DNA of 64,000 bases, from assembly GCA_002104905.1 (NCBI GenBank), contig MCFE01000398.1, positions 17,676-81,675 of the forward strand, read 5' to 3'. This document shows positions 12,666 through 24,613 of this stretch, in pieces. A model generated the notes under the pieces. The model saw only the letters and a program-made list of their open reading frames with translations. It had not been told where the DNA came from and ran no database searches. Within the stretch, counting starts at the first letter, position 1; the number at the start of each line of letters is the position of its first letter. Position numbers and translations under genes: made by a program. Source of the DNA: Basidiobolus meristosporus CBS 931.73 (Eukaryota > Fungi > Basidiobolomycota).

Positions 12666-14733
12666 ATGCCATCAAAGAATAAAGCAAAGTTGTCTGGTTC
12701 TCAACAAAACCCCACCACTGATGGCAACAGAAGAATGGTTGAACAACAGCTTGCTTTGACATTCAGTGCAACAAGCAGGGCTACATCCAAAAAAGGCCCT
12801 GTGGACAGTGTGCCCTTTGAAGGTAATAATGTGGACTCCTTAGGCTCTCAGTCAGGTAGGCAATTGAGAACCTCTGCAGAGCCACAAGCTGACCATTATG
12901 CTCAGGCAAATGAGAATGTGGCAAACACAGTACCCTCAGCTGAAGATCAGCAAGGGGCCATGATAACATCACCACCATACATATTAGCAAATATGTTGTC
13001 AGCCAATACCAAAGCATTAATGAAGCAATTAGGTGCAGTGGCTGATAGGATAGATGCAATGGCCCAGAGAAATCAGGAAATAGTCCAGAAACAGAATGAG
13101 CAGATAATATGTGTAGAGCAATCAATATCCCAGGTAGAGAAAGCAATATCTTTGCTGCAAAAAAGGAACCCAAGTAGCTCAATGTCACAGCCAAGGATTG
13201 AGCCATTTCCCAATGTAATGGCAGAAGAACACTGCACAGTCTTTGAAGCACAGCAACAGTGTCCAAAGATAAAGCCCACAGAAAAGACTATCACAGAGTT
13301 GGAGGGAGACAATGTGATGCTTATACAAAAGCCTGAAAATCAAAGACATCAGAGATCTGTGAAGCCATTGAGTGCAATGATGAGAAGTGGGCTAATATAC
13401 AAGAGGCTATCAGAAGTCTAGCTTGCCATCACCTTAAGGCCAGCATACCATGGGACCATCAGGAACTCAAGGTAAAGCAGAATGCACTTGACTTATTCCA
13501 TGAGCATTATCCTGGATTTAAATGGGCAAACAGATTTTGGGCCAGCATTGGTATGCTAAGAAAGTATCTTAAGAATAGCTGATACTATCAAAGGCAGAAG
13601 AACAAGGGTGCCATGGCTAAAAACCAGCAGCTTCCTCAAGAGCCTGTTACAAGCAGGGCCAAAAGCTCCAGACACGCATCAAAGATATGCCAGGTAGCTT
13701 GAAGAGTGCCAATTAGGGACAAGCAGGCAGACACAGATGCACCTGTACAACATTTATCCAAGAAAAAGCATATTACTACTCAAAAAGCATCCAGTCAAAG
13801 TAGCAGTGAACAACCTGTCAGTAATAAAAACCAGTTGCTTTTACAGGAGCCAGTCATAACAATGATTGAGAGCTCAAAACAAGCAGAATAGAAACATCAG
13901 GTTGCCAGAAGAGTGCCAGCAAGGGACCAGCAGGCCAAAACAGATGCGTCAGAGCAGAATTTATCCAGAAGAAAATGTAATTCTTTACAAAAAGCACTCA
14001 GACAGAGTAGCAGTGAAAGACCTGGCATTGATAATGGAAAAGGTAAAGGGAAAAATATCCACCCAATCCTGAGACAGGGAGGCATGCAAAAAAGACTGCA
14101 GTTCTTGCCAATGAATGCCACAAGCCAGAACAGACTAAATCCCATCATAACCAAGAAAAATTACCTACAAGAAAACAGCTGTTTTCACAAGAGTTGGAAG
14201 CGCAGCTAATTGAGCTACACTCCAGCAAGGTAGATGAGTTTACTGAAAAAGAAAATTTGTCTGCCACAGCCTCCACAGCCTCTATTATTGACAGAGTGGA
14301 GATCCTACTGAGAGACAAGGCTACAACGTCAAGAACTGAAAAGACTATCACAATGCCTTCTGTGGAATTTTGGAACATTAATATCCACACCAAGAGGTTG
14401 CAGCACTTCTCCAAGAGCAGTGCTCAAGAAAATGCACTGGAATATTGCAAGGGTTTATTGCAAAGACTGGCAGATGAGGTGCTAGACCTGGCAGTGCCAG
14501 CTGAAGACCAGGACATGTGGAAACCAGTGAATGCACAGTTGCATAAAGTCATTGGGTTCCTGCCAGAGTTGTGGAATCAGAGTTTTACAGCAGAAATACT
14601 TATTGAGTGGTGTATTTTAATGGAGTTACTTGTTGAGTGTGGGGTTGGGCTTAATGTTAGTGTAGGGTATAGGGACCTGTACAGGTCAATACAATTGGCA
14701 ATTGAGGTACAACTGAAGTTTCAACGGAAATAA
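12666..14733 (+). pseudogene. Accessory ORF region of the EnSpm-type element (coiled coil, W-rich domain, low-complexity repeats)
   Basis: ORFs 12666-13421 and 14194-14733 plus broken segments; duplicated at 19680-21517. Confidence 0.5.
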
Positions 14734-15124
14734 ATCAGTTTGTATGCATGAAAAGTAAGAGAAACAGTTGAGTCAGGAAGTAGGGAGTGTGAAAAAGAGG
14801 CAATAGCCAATCAATTCACACAAACATAGGAGGCAATAGAGTATCTGGGAACAGAAAGTGAGCAAATTGGCAGGGAACCAATCAAAAGCCACTTATACAT
14901 TGTTGTGATGAAAAATATTAACTAAGTTTTTTGTAAAATCTGAGGTGCAATTGTTTTTCAACAGTCTTTGGACAGTTTCCCCACAAGATCAGTACCTCTT
15001 AGTCACAGGACTTTGACTTTGTGATCACCTTTTGATGGGATCAGCTCAATAATTATTTGTAGGGCTTCAAATTACCATCTAATCTATTGGACTAATATAA
15101 TCTCCAATACAAGTAGGGATTGCA

Positions 15125-16420
15125 TGTTATCTATAATAACTAAGTATAAGCCTATACCATTAATTACATACTTCCAAACAAACTACTTTGAGTCTGAGTT
15201 CTGATCTCATCACAATATATTTAGGAATAAATATCATTCACTTGATTTGAATGGTATCTAGCCTAGGTTTTCTTGATTCCTGACCTGGGATATTGTACTC
15301 CCACTGAAGCTATGTCATCTTGTTCTTCCTCCCTTCTAATACTGACTTAGATAGATTACTAATATCCTACTGATCTAGGCATAACTTTCTGGCACAGATA
15401 CCTCTGCTATGTACTCAGATCTTCCATTTGTATCTTGATAGGCTTCATTTGGTATCAGAGAGTAGCACAATCTGATTGGTAGCTATTTATAGGGGCTACA
15501 TCCTAAACAGGATAGATGTGTACACATAAATATCATTGCACTCAAGCTGTACAACTGAATCTGGCACCTTCCAATTACATAAATCTTAAGAAAACTAAGT
15601 GATAATATGAAGGAAGAAGAAAATGCTCTAATAACAAATAGTAACCAACAAAGAGGTACTTGAGAAACTTTGGAGGCAACAACAATCTGTTTTGTCACTA
15701 CTGCAGCCAGAAATGGCAACATCTGACTGATGCCTCAAAAAGAGGGATGATGAGCCAAAAAAGCCTGAACTCAAAATACTGCAACAACTGAAGATAGCCT
15801 GTCCATATCTGCACTAAGCATGACCACAAACAAGTATTCTTAGATTTGGTATATGGACTCTGGAGCATCTCAACTATCTACACATTAAATTGATCTTTTT
15901 ACCCAATATCAAGAAATTCAAATCATGAAGGTGTTCATGAGTGACAATGGAAAAGTTGATGCATTTGGAGAAGGAACTATATAAGTACGCCTTGGAAGCA
16001 GCGCAGGAAGTTGTTCACTTACCCTCAAAGAAGTACTCTATGTGCCAGAGATAACATAGAATCTACTTTCTGTAAGCAAGGCTACAGCTGTAGGACTCAG
16101 TTTCAACTTTTACAATTTGGGATGCAGGAACACTGATCAAGGTAGTACCCATATTGCTTTGGCTATCAAAAATCAGAATCTTTGCAAGCCAACATATAAT
16201 CCATCCAACCTGGGAGTCAATGTAAGTAACTTGAATGAAGAAACACCAACCCTTTGGCACAGGAGATTTGGACATAGCAATTTTGATTATTTTGTGCAAA
16301 ATGATCAATCAGCTAATTTCCACAGTATAAATTGATCCCCCAGCTAATTTGGACTACTGTGAATCCTGCATATATGGGTAACAAGCCAGGTAAGCTTTCA
16401 AGAGCTCTGAGTTAAGCAAA
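15125..16420 (+). mobile_element. Ty1/copia relic (LTR end, PBS, gag/protease, GAG-pre-integrase)
   Basis: PBS TGGTATCAGAG at 15450 after LTR-terminal CA (15447); WYMDSGAS; LWHRRFGH; CESC. Left boundary uncertain. Confidence 0.8.
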
Positions 16421-16545
16421 ACTAAGATAAAATTACATTTAATGGTTTGGCCCAAACTTTTGGTGTGGTTTATTTGGATAACAATAGCAGGGGGATAACA
16501 ATGAAATTAGAATCAAGTCTGTTAATAATAGGGGTAGGTTTATTA

Positions 16546-16774
16546 TGTTGAAATATTGGACTATTTGGTATCATTCAGCAGCTATAAATTTACTTAACAA
16601 TTCTAGACTAGTCTTGGTCACTCTAGGACTCATTTACTGCCTTAACTTTGCCACTTTCTCCAGATATATGATCTTATGATTATTCCCCTATAGTCAGGAT
16701 CAAATTAGCACTATTACCAAACATTATGTACTAACCCTGAAACTGTTACAGAATGCTCCTGAATATTGAGAAAC
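16546..16774 (+). mobile_element. 5' part of an LTR, family B, truncated by the NUMT
   Basis: Starts TGTTGAAATATTGGAC, collinear with 8058-8285. Confidence 0.75.
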
Positions 16775-17445
16775 CAACAATACTCTTTAACTTCCATAAA
16801 TATTTTCTACATTTTATTAGCTTTAGGTAATTTATTAGAAAGTGCTCAACCTGATGTTCCTAAATATTCACCTCTGAACACTATTTCTCAATTAAAAGGT
16901 CAATTCCAAATGGCTGGAGGCAATCCTTTACTAGTTTTATGTTTGGCTATAAGTTTTTTCTCTATAGCTGGAATTCCTTCTTTTATAGGTTTCTTTGATA
17001 AACTTAAAGTATTCTATGCAGCTACTCATTGTGGTTATTATATGCTAGCTATCATAGCGGTTTTAACTAGTGTTATTAGTGCTGCTTACTATTTAAGAGT
17101 TCTTAAAATAATCTCATTTGATTCTGCTCTGACAGGCCTGGCAGGTAGAACTCCTTTGGGCAGAGGGGCAGTGTCAGCCAGCTATACAGTCCCTTATGGT
17201 ATTTCTTGGGTAATTGCTCTATAAACTTTAACAATTGTATTCCCACCTGTTTTATTAGCCACTTTGAAACCTGCTTTTATAGCATTCATCCAATAGCTTC
17301 TCCCTTGCTTATGCAGGGGGCCCATTGGCCCCCCTCTCCCCCCCCTCCTTGACCCTCAGGCAGGGGAAATGGACAGAGGGGCCATGTGGGTGGATTAACC
17401 AAGGGGCCTGACTTTTCCCCCAGGGGGGCTCCTTCTATTGTAGGA
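16775..17445 (+). pseudogene. nad2: NUMT: 3' part of mitochondrial nad2 plus GC-rich mitochondrial-type spacer
   Basis: NPLLVLCLAISFFSIAGIPSFIGFF..K and LAIIAVLTSVISAAYYLRV motifs; AT-rich codons; internal TAA at 17222; GC hairpin at 17316-17333. Confidence 0.8.
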
Positions 17446-17446
17446 T

Positions 17447-18811
17447 TATTTATCCAGAAGCAGATCACCAATGCCAACTTGACACATCTACAGCTGTTGT
17501 GGGAGGAGTGTGTGACGGGATTTGAGCAGCTATACCACAAACATAAAGCTGAACGTGTAGATCTCTGCCGCTACTGTATCCATTCTCTACTCCATCTTGC
17601 ATGGTGCGCAGAGAATATTGGGCTTTGCCTCACTTTTTGGGAGTTTCCTATGGAGTGGATGTGTGGGGATATAGGAAGACAAGTCAAGTTGCAGGTACTA
17701 CCATATCCCAATCTCATCAAGAACATTACCTTCAAGTCCATCATGGATGTGATGAGTTGGCACATGGAGGACAGCCAGAAAGAGTTGGAAAATGCTGAGG
17801 ACAAATGTGCACATGGAGACACCTATGCCTATGGCATTAAGAAGCTAAGCAGCCCCAATGTGTGGGTAATCAGTTAAGTAATGCAAAATTGGGTTGAGTG
17901 CAATAAGCAACTAATTTTTATCAGGAAAACTCCACCAAGATATGCCGGATTTCTCATGGTCACAAGCCAACTTCTACACCATTCAATATGGAAATCACAC
18001 AAAAAAAAGCAAGAGCACACCTATAAGGGGGACTAGAATTCAGCAGGGAGAAGGAATATATTGGCCAAATACCAAGAAGTACTTTGCGGATATCAGGAGG
18101 TATTCATGGCAGAAGTGGCAACAACCAAGCATATGTTTGCAAGATGTATATGCTACCAGCAGTACAAGGTATATGGCAACTTTGCAAGTATTACACTAAA
18201 AAGCTGTAAAGTTGAGGTGATAGAAGTGTGCTAATTGTGGCAGGTGTGTGTATTTGTAGAGGTTAGTAGGCAGGAGGCCATAGTTTTTTCTGATATGAAC
18301 TATATGTGGAGTTCCCAAGGTAGTAGTGGGTAAGCAAATAAGGAAAGGTGATTCTACAGTGGAATATATGGATTGCACAAGGGGAGGTAGAAAATGGAAA
18401 TACCATTTGGTAAATTGGTACGGTAGCATTATACAGAACCAGTGGCAGGCCGTCATACTCCCAAGAAAAAGCCATCAGAGTTTTACTGTGAGGCTGTCAA
18501 AATACCGTCAAGTTTCTTGCCATATAAGGCAATTGGAGGTCCTGGCCAACTGGATCCACTTAAAATAGTAATAGAGTGCTGAAAGGCCGCAACAATGCCA
18601 CGCATATATTGTCACAGCACCAATCAAAAATTGTCAAGTTTTATCCCTTTATTTGGCTGTAAAATTTGCAAAATACCATCATGATCTTGTTATAAGATTG
18701 TCAGGAGGATCACTAATTCCAAGCTGCTGTTATTATGACAGTCTCTAAATGGGATATGACAGATGATCTGGACCGGATCCACCCGTGGGACCAAATTATT
18801 TTTCATAGGGC
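17447..18811 (+). mobile_element. Second, inverted copy of the EnSpm-type transposase 3' end and terminus
   Basis: Reverse-complement match to 9282-10640; ends ...TTTTTCATAGGGC. Confidence 0.8.
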
Positions 18812-18999
18812 TTGTTAGATATCTAGCTGGTATTCAGCTGATATTCAGATGTTATTATACCTTTGTTCAGTTGGTGCTTTTGCTACAGCTCTGTGGCTGC
18901 AATTTTGGTGGAATTAGTGAGCAGCAGTTTACCAAGCCTGATATTAATACTAACTGGCCCAGTCTTCCCCTTGAAAGGAAGTATACATGTATATTGTAA

Positions 19000-19670
19000 G
19001 GCTGGTATCTGAGATATTGAGAGCTGTCATATATGGGAAAGTTGGAGCTCAGCTGATATTATGATGGTATTTTGATGGCTTCTTTTTTTCTTGTTTATGG
19101 TAATTCTATTTGTAGGTGTAGCAATTGCTTTGGATTTGAGAAAAACACATTATGCATTTCTTGTAACTTAAGCAGTGCAAGTTTCAGCTTGTCAAGTAAC
19201 TAAGGAGTCAATATGGCTACCAGAGCACTATGCCTGCACCAGGCACACTGATATGCATCAACATTTGTGAGAGAAGCAGCCGAAAATAACTTGGTAGATT
19301 CAACTTACAAAATGGTGACCAATATTTTACTAAAACCATTAGCTAGGATGCATTTTGAGAATATTAGACATTGTAATTGAGTAATTATTTAATTGAGTGG
19401 GATTATTGATGCATTCAGATATTTGGCTTCATTCTGCATTGCCAGACTTGCTTCACAGTTCCATCCTAGCTTTTGTCATTATAGGGCTTGCTCATAACCT
19501 TGATTTTGCGTACTTCTTCATGCTTTTGATCCTGAGATTATTCCTCAATTGTGGAGTAGATTGGTACTTTGATCATGCATTATATTCTACCAGTGGTGCT
19601 ATTACAGTATATTCCTGAGTATTGTTAAAGACCCTTAGTATTGTGTTACAGCTATAAAGGTATAAGTAAT
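19000..19670 (+). mobile_element. Ty1/copia RNase H relic plus a probable LTR remnant
   Basis: KESIWL, RHTDMHQH (RTKHID-like) and IL..KPLAR remnants. Confidence 0.55.
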
Positions 19671-19679
19671 GAACTCACT

Positions 19680-21717
19680 CATAGGTAGGTCCCACTAGCA
19701 AGCAAATTTGCAGTACCCTCAGTTGAAGACAAGCAAGTAGCCATCCTAACATCACCACCACCCATATTAGCAAGTATGTTGTCAGCTCATACCAAAGCAT
19801 TAATGAAGCAATTAGGTGCAGTGGCTGATAGGATAGATGCAATGGCCCAGAGAAATCAGGAAATAGTCCAGAAACAGGATGAGCAGATAATATGTGTAGA
19901 GCAATCAATATCCCAGGTAGAGAAAGCAGTATCTTTGCTGCAAAGAAGGAATTCAAGTAGCTCAATGTCACAGCCAAGAGTTGAGCCATTCCCCAATGTA
20001 ACAGCAGAGGAACACTGCACAGTCTTTGAAGCACAGCAACAGTACCCAAAGATAAAGCCCATAGAAAAACCTATCACAGTGTGGGAGGGAGACAATGTGG
20101 TGTTTATACCAAAGCCCAAAAATTAAAAGACATTGAAGAATCATAAAGCTGTTTAGTGCAATAATTAAGAGTGGGCTAATATTCAAGAGGCCATCAGAAG
20201 TCTAGCACACCATAATCTTAAGGCCAGCATACCATGGGACCATTAGGAACTCAAGGCCAAGCAGAATGCACTTGACATATTCCACAAGCATTATCCTGGA
20301 TTCAAATGGGCAAATGGATTTTGGGCCCGCATTGGTATGCTAAGAAATTATCTTAAGAATAGCAGAAACTATCAAAGGCAGAAGAACAAGGGTGTCATGG
20401 CTAAAAACCATCAGCTTCCTCAAGAGCCTGTTACAAGCAGGGCTGAAAGCTCCAGACAAGCATCAAAGAAACATCAGGTAGCTGGAAGAGTGCCAATTAG
20501 GGCAAGCAGGCAGACATGAATGCACCAGCACAACATTTATCAAAGAAAAAGCGTAGTACCACTCCAGAAGCACTCAGTCAAAGTAGCAGTGAAGGACCTG
20601 GCAGTGATAAAAACCGGTGACTTCTACAGGAGCCTGTCACAACTACAGTTGAGAGCTTGAAATAAGCGGAAAAGAAACATCAGGTTGCTAGAAGAGTGCC
20701 AGCAAGGGACAAGCAGGCCAAAAAGATGTGTCAGAGCAGAATTTATCAAGGAGAAAATGTAGTTCATTGCAAGAAGCACTCAGACTAAGTAGCAGTGAAA
20801 GACCTGGCAGTGATAAAGGAAAAGATAAAGGGAGAAATGTCTACCCACACCTGAGACAGGGAAGCACGCAAAAAAAAACTGCAGTTCACGACAATTAATG
20901 TTGCAAGCCTGGAACAGACTGAATCCCATCATAGCCAAGAAGAATTACCAACAAGAAAACAGCTGTTCTTACAAGAGCTGGAAGTGCAGCCAGTTGAGCT
21001 ACACTCCAGCAAGGTAGATGAGTTTGCAGAAAAAGGCAATTCATCTACCACAGCCTCCACATCCTCTATTGTTGACAGAATGGAGATCCCACTGACAGAC
21101 AAAGCTACAATGTCAAGAACTTGAAAGACTATCACATTGCCTTCAGTAGAATTTTGGAACATTAATAGGCACACCAAGAGGTTTCAGTACTTCTTCAAGA
21201 GCAGTGCTGAAGAAAACGCACTTGAATATTGCAAGGATATATTGTAAAGACTGGCAGATGAGGTGCTAGACCCTACAGTGCCAGCAGAAGACCAGGACAT
21301 GTGGGAACCAGTGAATGAACAGTGGCATAAAGCCATTAGGCTCCTGCCAAAGTTGTGGAACCAGAGCATCACATCAGAAATACTTTTTGAGTGGTGGATT
21401 TTAATGGATTTACTTGTTGAGTGTGGGGTTGGGCTTAATGTTAGTTTAGGGTATAGGGACTTGTATAGGTCAATACAATTGGCAATTGAGGTACAACTGA
21501 AGTTTCAATGGATATAAATCAACTCATACATATGAAAAGTAAGAGAAACAGTTGAGTCAGGAAGTAGGGTTAGGGTTAGGGTTACAAATGTAGGAGGTGA
21601 TAGAGTGTCTGGGATCAGAAAGTGAGCAAATTGGCAGGGAATTAATCAAAAGCTACTTATATATTGTTGTGATGAAAAATTTTGACCAATTTTTTTGTGA
21701 AATCTGGGGTTCAATTC
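19680..21717 (+). mobile_element. Second copy of the EnSpm-type accessory ORF region
   Basis: Collinear with about 12880-14950. Confidence 0.8.
21565..21584 (+). repeat. Interstitial telomeric sequence TAGGG(TTAGGG)2TTA
   Basis: Direct reading; absent from the paralogous site 14781-14830. Confidence 0.9.
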
Positions 21718-21830
21718 TTACAACAATTTCTAGATAATCAAGGTTGTATAAAACTAGGTAGAAATCCAGGTTTTCATGCTAAAACTAGGCACATAGATAT
21801 TAGACATCATTTCATACAAAACTCTATAAT
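21718..21830 (+). mobile_element. Ty1/copia RNase H fragment
   Basis: DNQGCIKLGRNPGFHAKTRHIDIRHHFI. Confidence 0.85.
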
Positions 21831-22260
21831 AGTAAGTACCTATACAAGCGCCAGTGGCGCAAAGCATCGGGACACTTCAGCCAGGTAGACATGATATTTC
21901 AGATCCATAGTGCATTGGTTTGCCAAAAAGTCGGGAGATTTGTTGAGTAGTGGTGCGACCTGTTGCTCCATTGAAACCGGCGATGCTCCACATATGAATA
22001 AAAACTAGGAATTCGGATGTGCGTGGCACCTGAACCATGCATCAGCAGTCAGGTCACACCAGTAGATCAGAGATCCATAATTGGTGGAATGTAACCTTCG
22101 TGAATACAGCATCGTTGGGTCATGGTGAAAGCTCGGGGGAATGCGCCCAATTATGGTCAATTTATTGTGGATATGAGGGAGGGGAGCGATGGATTATTTG
22201 AGGGAGGACAAGGGACAGATGTTGTGTGTATGTGAGGATGCGCCAGAGTCTAGAGCCAAG

Positions 22261-24168
22261 CTACCCGCTGGAAAGCAGGACATCTTTCAGCACCAGCAGG
22301 GCCTTGTCCCTCACTTCGAACCACCTCTCGCCATGACCGAGGACCTTTGGGCGGCCCGAGAGGGCCCCATCATGATTGATCCAGGTGAGGATCTCCTTGA
22401 TGTACTCCTGTTCCAAGTCCGAGCCGAGGGCGTGAAATTCCCTACCGGGGCCCTTGCGCTCTAATCGGGATTGCCATTCGCGGCGCATCTCCGACTCGCT
22501 GGGAACCTTGGCCTGTAACGCGTAGACCCTGGACACCGCGTACGCCTGGAACTCGAACAACGAGAAGGTCGCGATGTGAAAGGGGATCCCGACGAAGCTG
22601 AGGGTGGGATTGGGGATGTAGAAGATATCCTTGTGCAGGTTGAACACCTGATCCCCACCGGTGACCAACACCTTGTCCGGGCTGGGGGCGCGACCGCCTC
22701 TCGTGGCGTTGATGTGAGGGTCGTCGTGGAGCTCTTCCAGGAAGTGGAAGTTGAACACGTACCCGGTGCATATGATGATCTGGTCCACCCCGGTGATGGA
22801 TTTCCCATCCTGAAACTTGATCACCGCTTTCCTCGGGTCCTTCGGGGACTCCTTGGAGAACCGGATCTCTTTGACCGCGCCCACTCGCTGGGTCTTCTTG
22901 GGCATCAATTTGGCGAACTCCTCTCTCAGGGCCTTGTACTTCTCGTCATATTGATGCTCGCTCTCGCGCACGGACTGATACAGATCCCCGGTGTACCGAC
23001 TGATATCTCGCGAGATGTCCATGGCGGAGGTACCGTTCCCAATGACCAGGACGTTCTGGACCAGATCGGTGGTTAGCACGAAGTAAGATCAACCCCATTG
23101 GGAGGAATCCCATACCTTTCCCCCAAATCCCTGAGGGGTTCTGTACTGTTTGGAGTGGATGATGGACCCTGGGTACCTCTGATTCCACTCCACAATACCC
23201 GGAAGGCTCGGGATGTAGGGCACATGGTAGTGCCCGGTGGCAATAACGACGGCATCGAATTTCTGCCCGACTCAGATTAGTCCATCTTATCTCCGTGGCG
23301 AAGTCACCTTGAACCTACCTCCTCTCGCCAGGTGATCTTAGCATAAGATTGGCCATCCTTCTCCTCAATTTCCAGGTGTTTGGTGAGGACGTTCCAGCCC
23401 TGCCGCCGAGGCAGCTCCTCGAGTCTCTCCAAAGATGCACCGTACTCGGTGATCTCGTCGAGGTGGAAGTGGGCGGCGTAATCCTGGAGATACTGGCAGA
23501 TGACATCGTGGGACGTGAACCATGGCTTCGAGAAATTCGGTGAGTACTCTATGGCTCTTTGCCAGCAAGGCTTTGTTGAGGTGAGTTACCGTATCCTTCG
23601 GCCATTCGAAGTCCTTGTATTGGATCAACGGTGTGGCGACGTTGTTTCTCAGGGATTGATAGCAGGGGGAGGGAGGCCTGTGACGTAGAAGCTCGCTTTG
23701 GCCTTCCGGTGTGTTCAGTGAAATGTGTTCGGTGTATGGAAGCGATGTGCCTGCCGGCGGGAGACTGACGGAAACCCCACTGGTTGGAAGCTCGGTGGGG
23801 AATCTCGGCTTCAAAGGAGGCTGTGATTCATAAATCCTGCAGCGATGTTGGCATGTCAATTGACCAAAGGATATCCGTGACCTAATATACTGACCATGTA
23901 CCCCCAGCCGCATAGTTTCTCTCAAATATCTTCACCTCCAGGCCTTCCTCTTTCAGGAGCTTAGCGGTTGGCAACTGATATTGGGTTAGTAGGTAACTCC
24001 CTGGTCTAGGAAGAATGTACGTACCCCAGCAGAGCCCGCACCAATGACGGCAACCTTTCGAATTGGGGAAGGGAACTGGAAGGCGTCCTCACGGGGCTTT
24101 TCCAGAAGTGGGTGCAGCACCTGGTCTGGCTTCCATTCACGCTTTGTGGCTATTTCTTGGATAGGCAT
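22261..24168 (-). CDS. Flavin-containing monooxygenase (FMO1-like), multi-exon
   Basis: VAVIGAGSAG (FAD), GSIIHSKQY (FMO fingerprint), GNGTSAMDI (NADPH) and ICTGY; GT-AG introns. Confidence 0.92.
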
Positions 24169-24613
24169 GGTTTATGAGGGTTGTAATGCGCGGGGTTCTC
24201 TTATATACGTCGGATTGGATGATACCATCGGTTCGAGGAATGGCGCTAATCCTAATCTACGCCCTGACCTACGCCTGATGATTGCTCACCAAGATCTGAA
24301 TTCGCTAGGTCGTACAAGGGAGGAGGTAGATTCCCTGTTAATTCGTACGCATAGTCCCGGCACCTTGGGCAACTGATCGACGAGATCTCATCACTGATGG
24401 TCCCCTCTTTTTCCTGGCTGGCAACACAGAAATTCGCCAGACTTTGCGGTGACAAAACCCGCATTGGCCTTGCTTTTGGATCTCCATTATGAACGATGTC
24501 CATGACGATGACGACTTGGATGTAGATGATAACGGTGATGGTGATGGTGGGGTGCAAACGGACTTTATTGAATTTCATGAAGATTCATTTCAGATGACAC
24601 GAGCGATCGAGGG

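Larger units (their letters stand above)
9282..15065. mobile_element. EnSpm/CACTA (CMC)-type DNA transposon, degenerate, probably near full length
   Basis: Imperfect termini GCCCTA...TAGGGC, both flanked by TT; contains a transposase (-) and a divergent second ORF (+); partial second copies at 17447-18811 and 19680-21717. Confidence 0.6.

Noticed and set aside
21565-21900. Interstitial telomere repeat as an old chromosome end fused to the gene-rich segment
   Set aside because: Homology to the paralogous TE copy resumes immediately after the repeats, so it is an in-place insertion, not a fusion point
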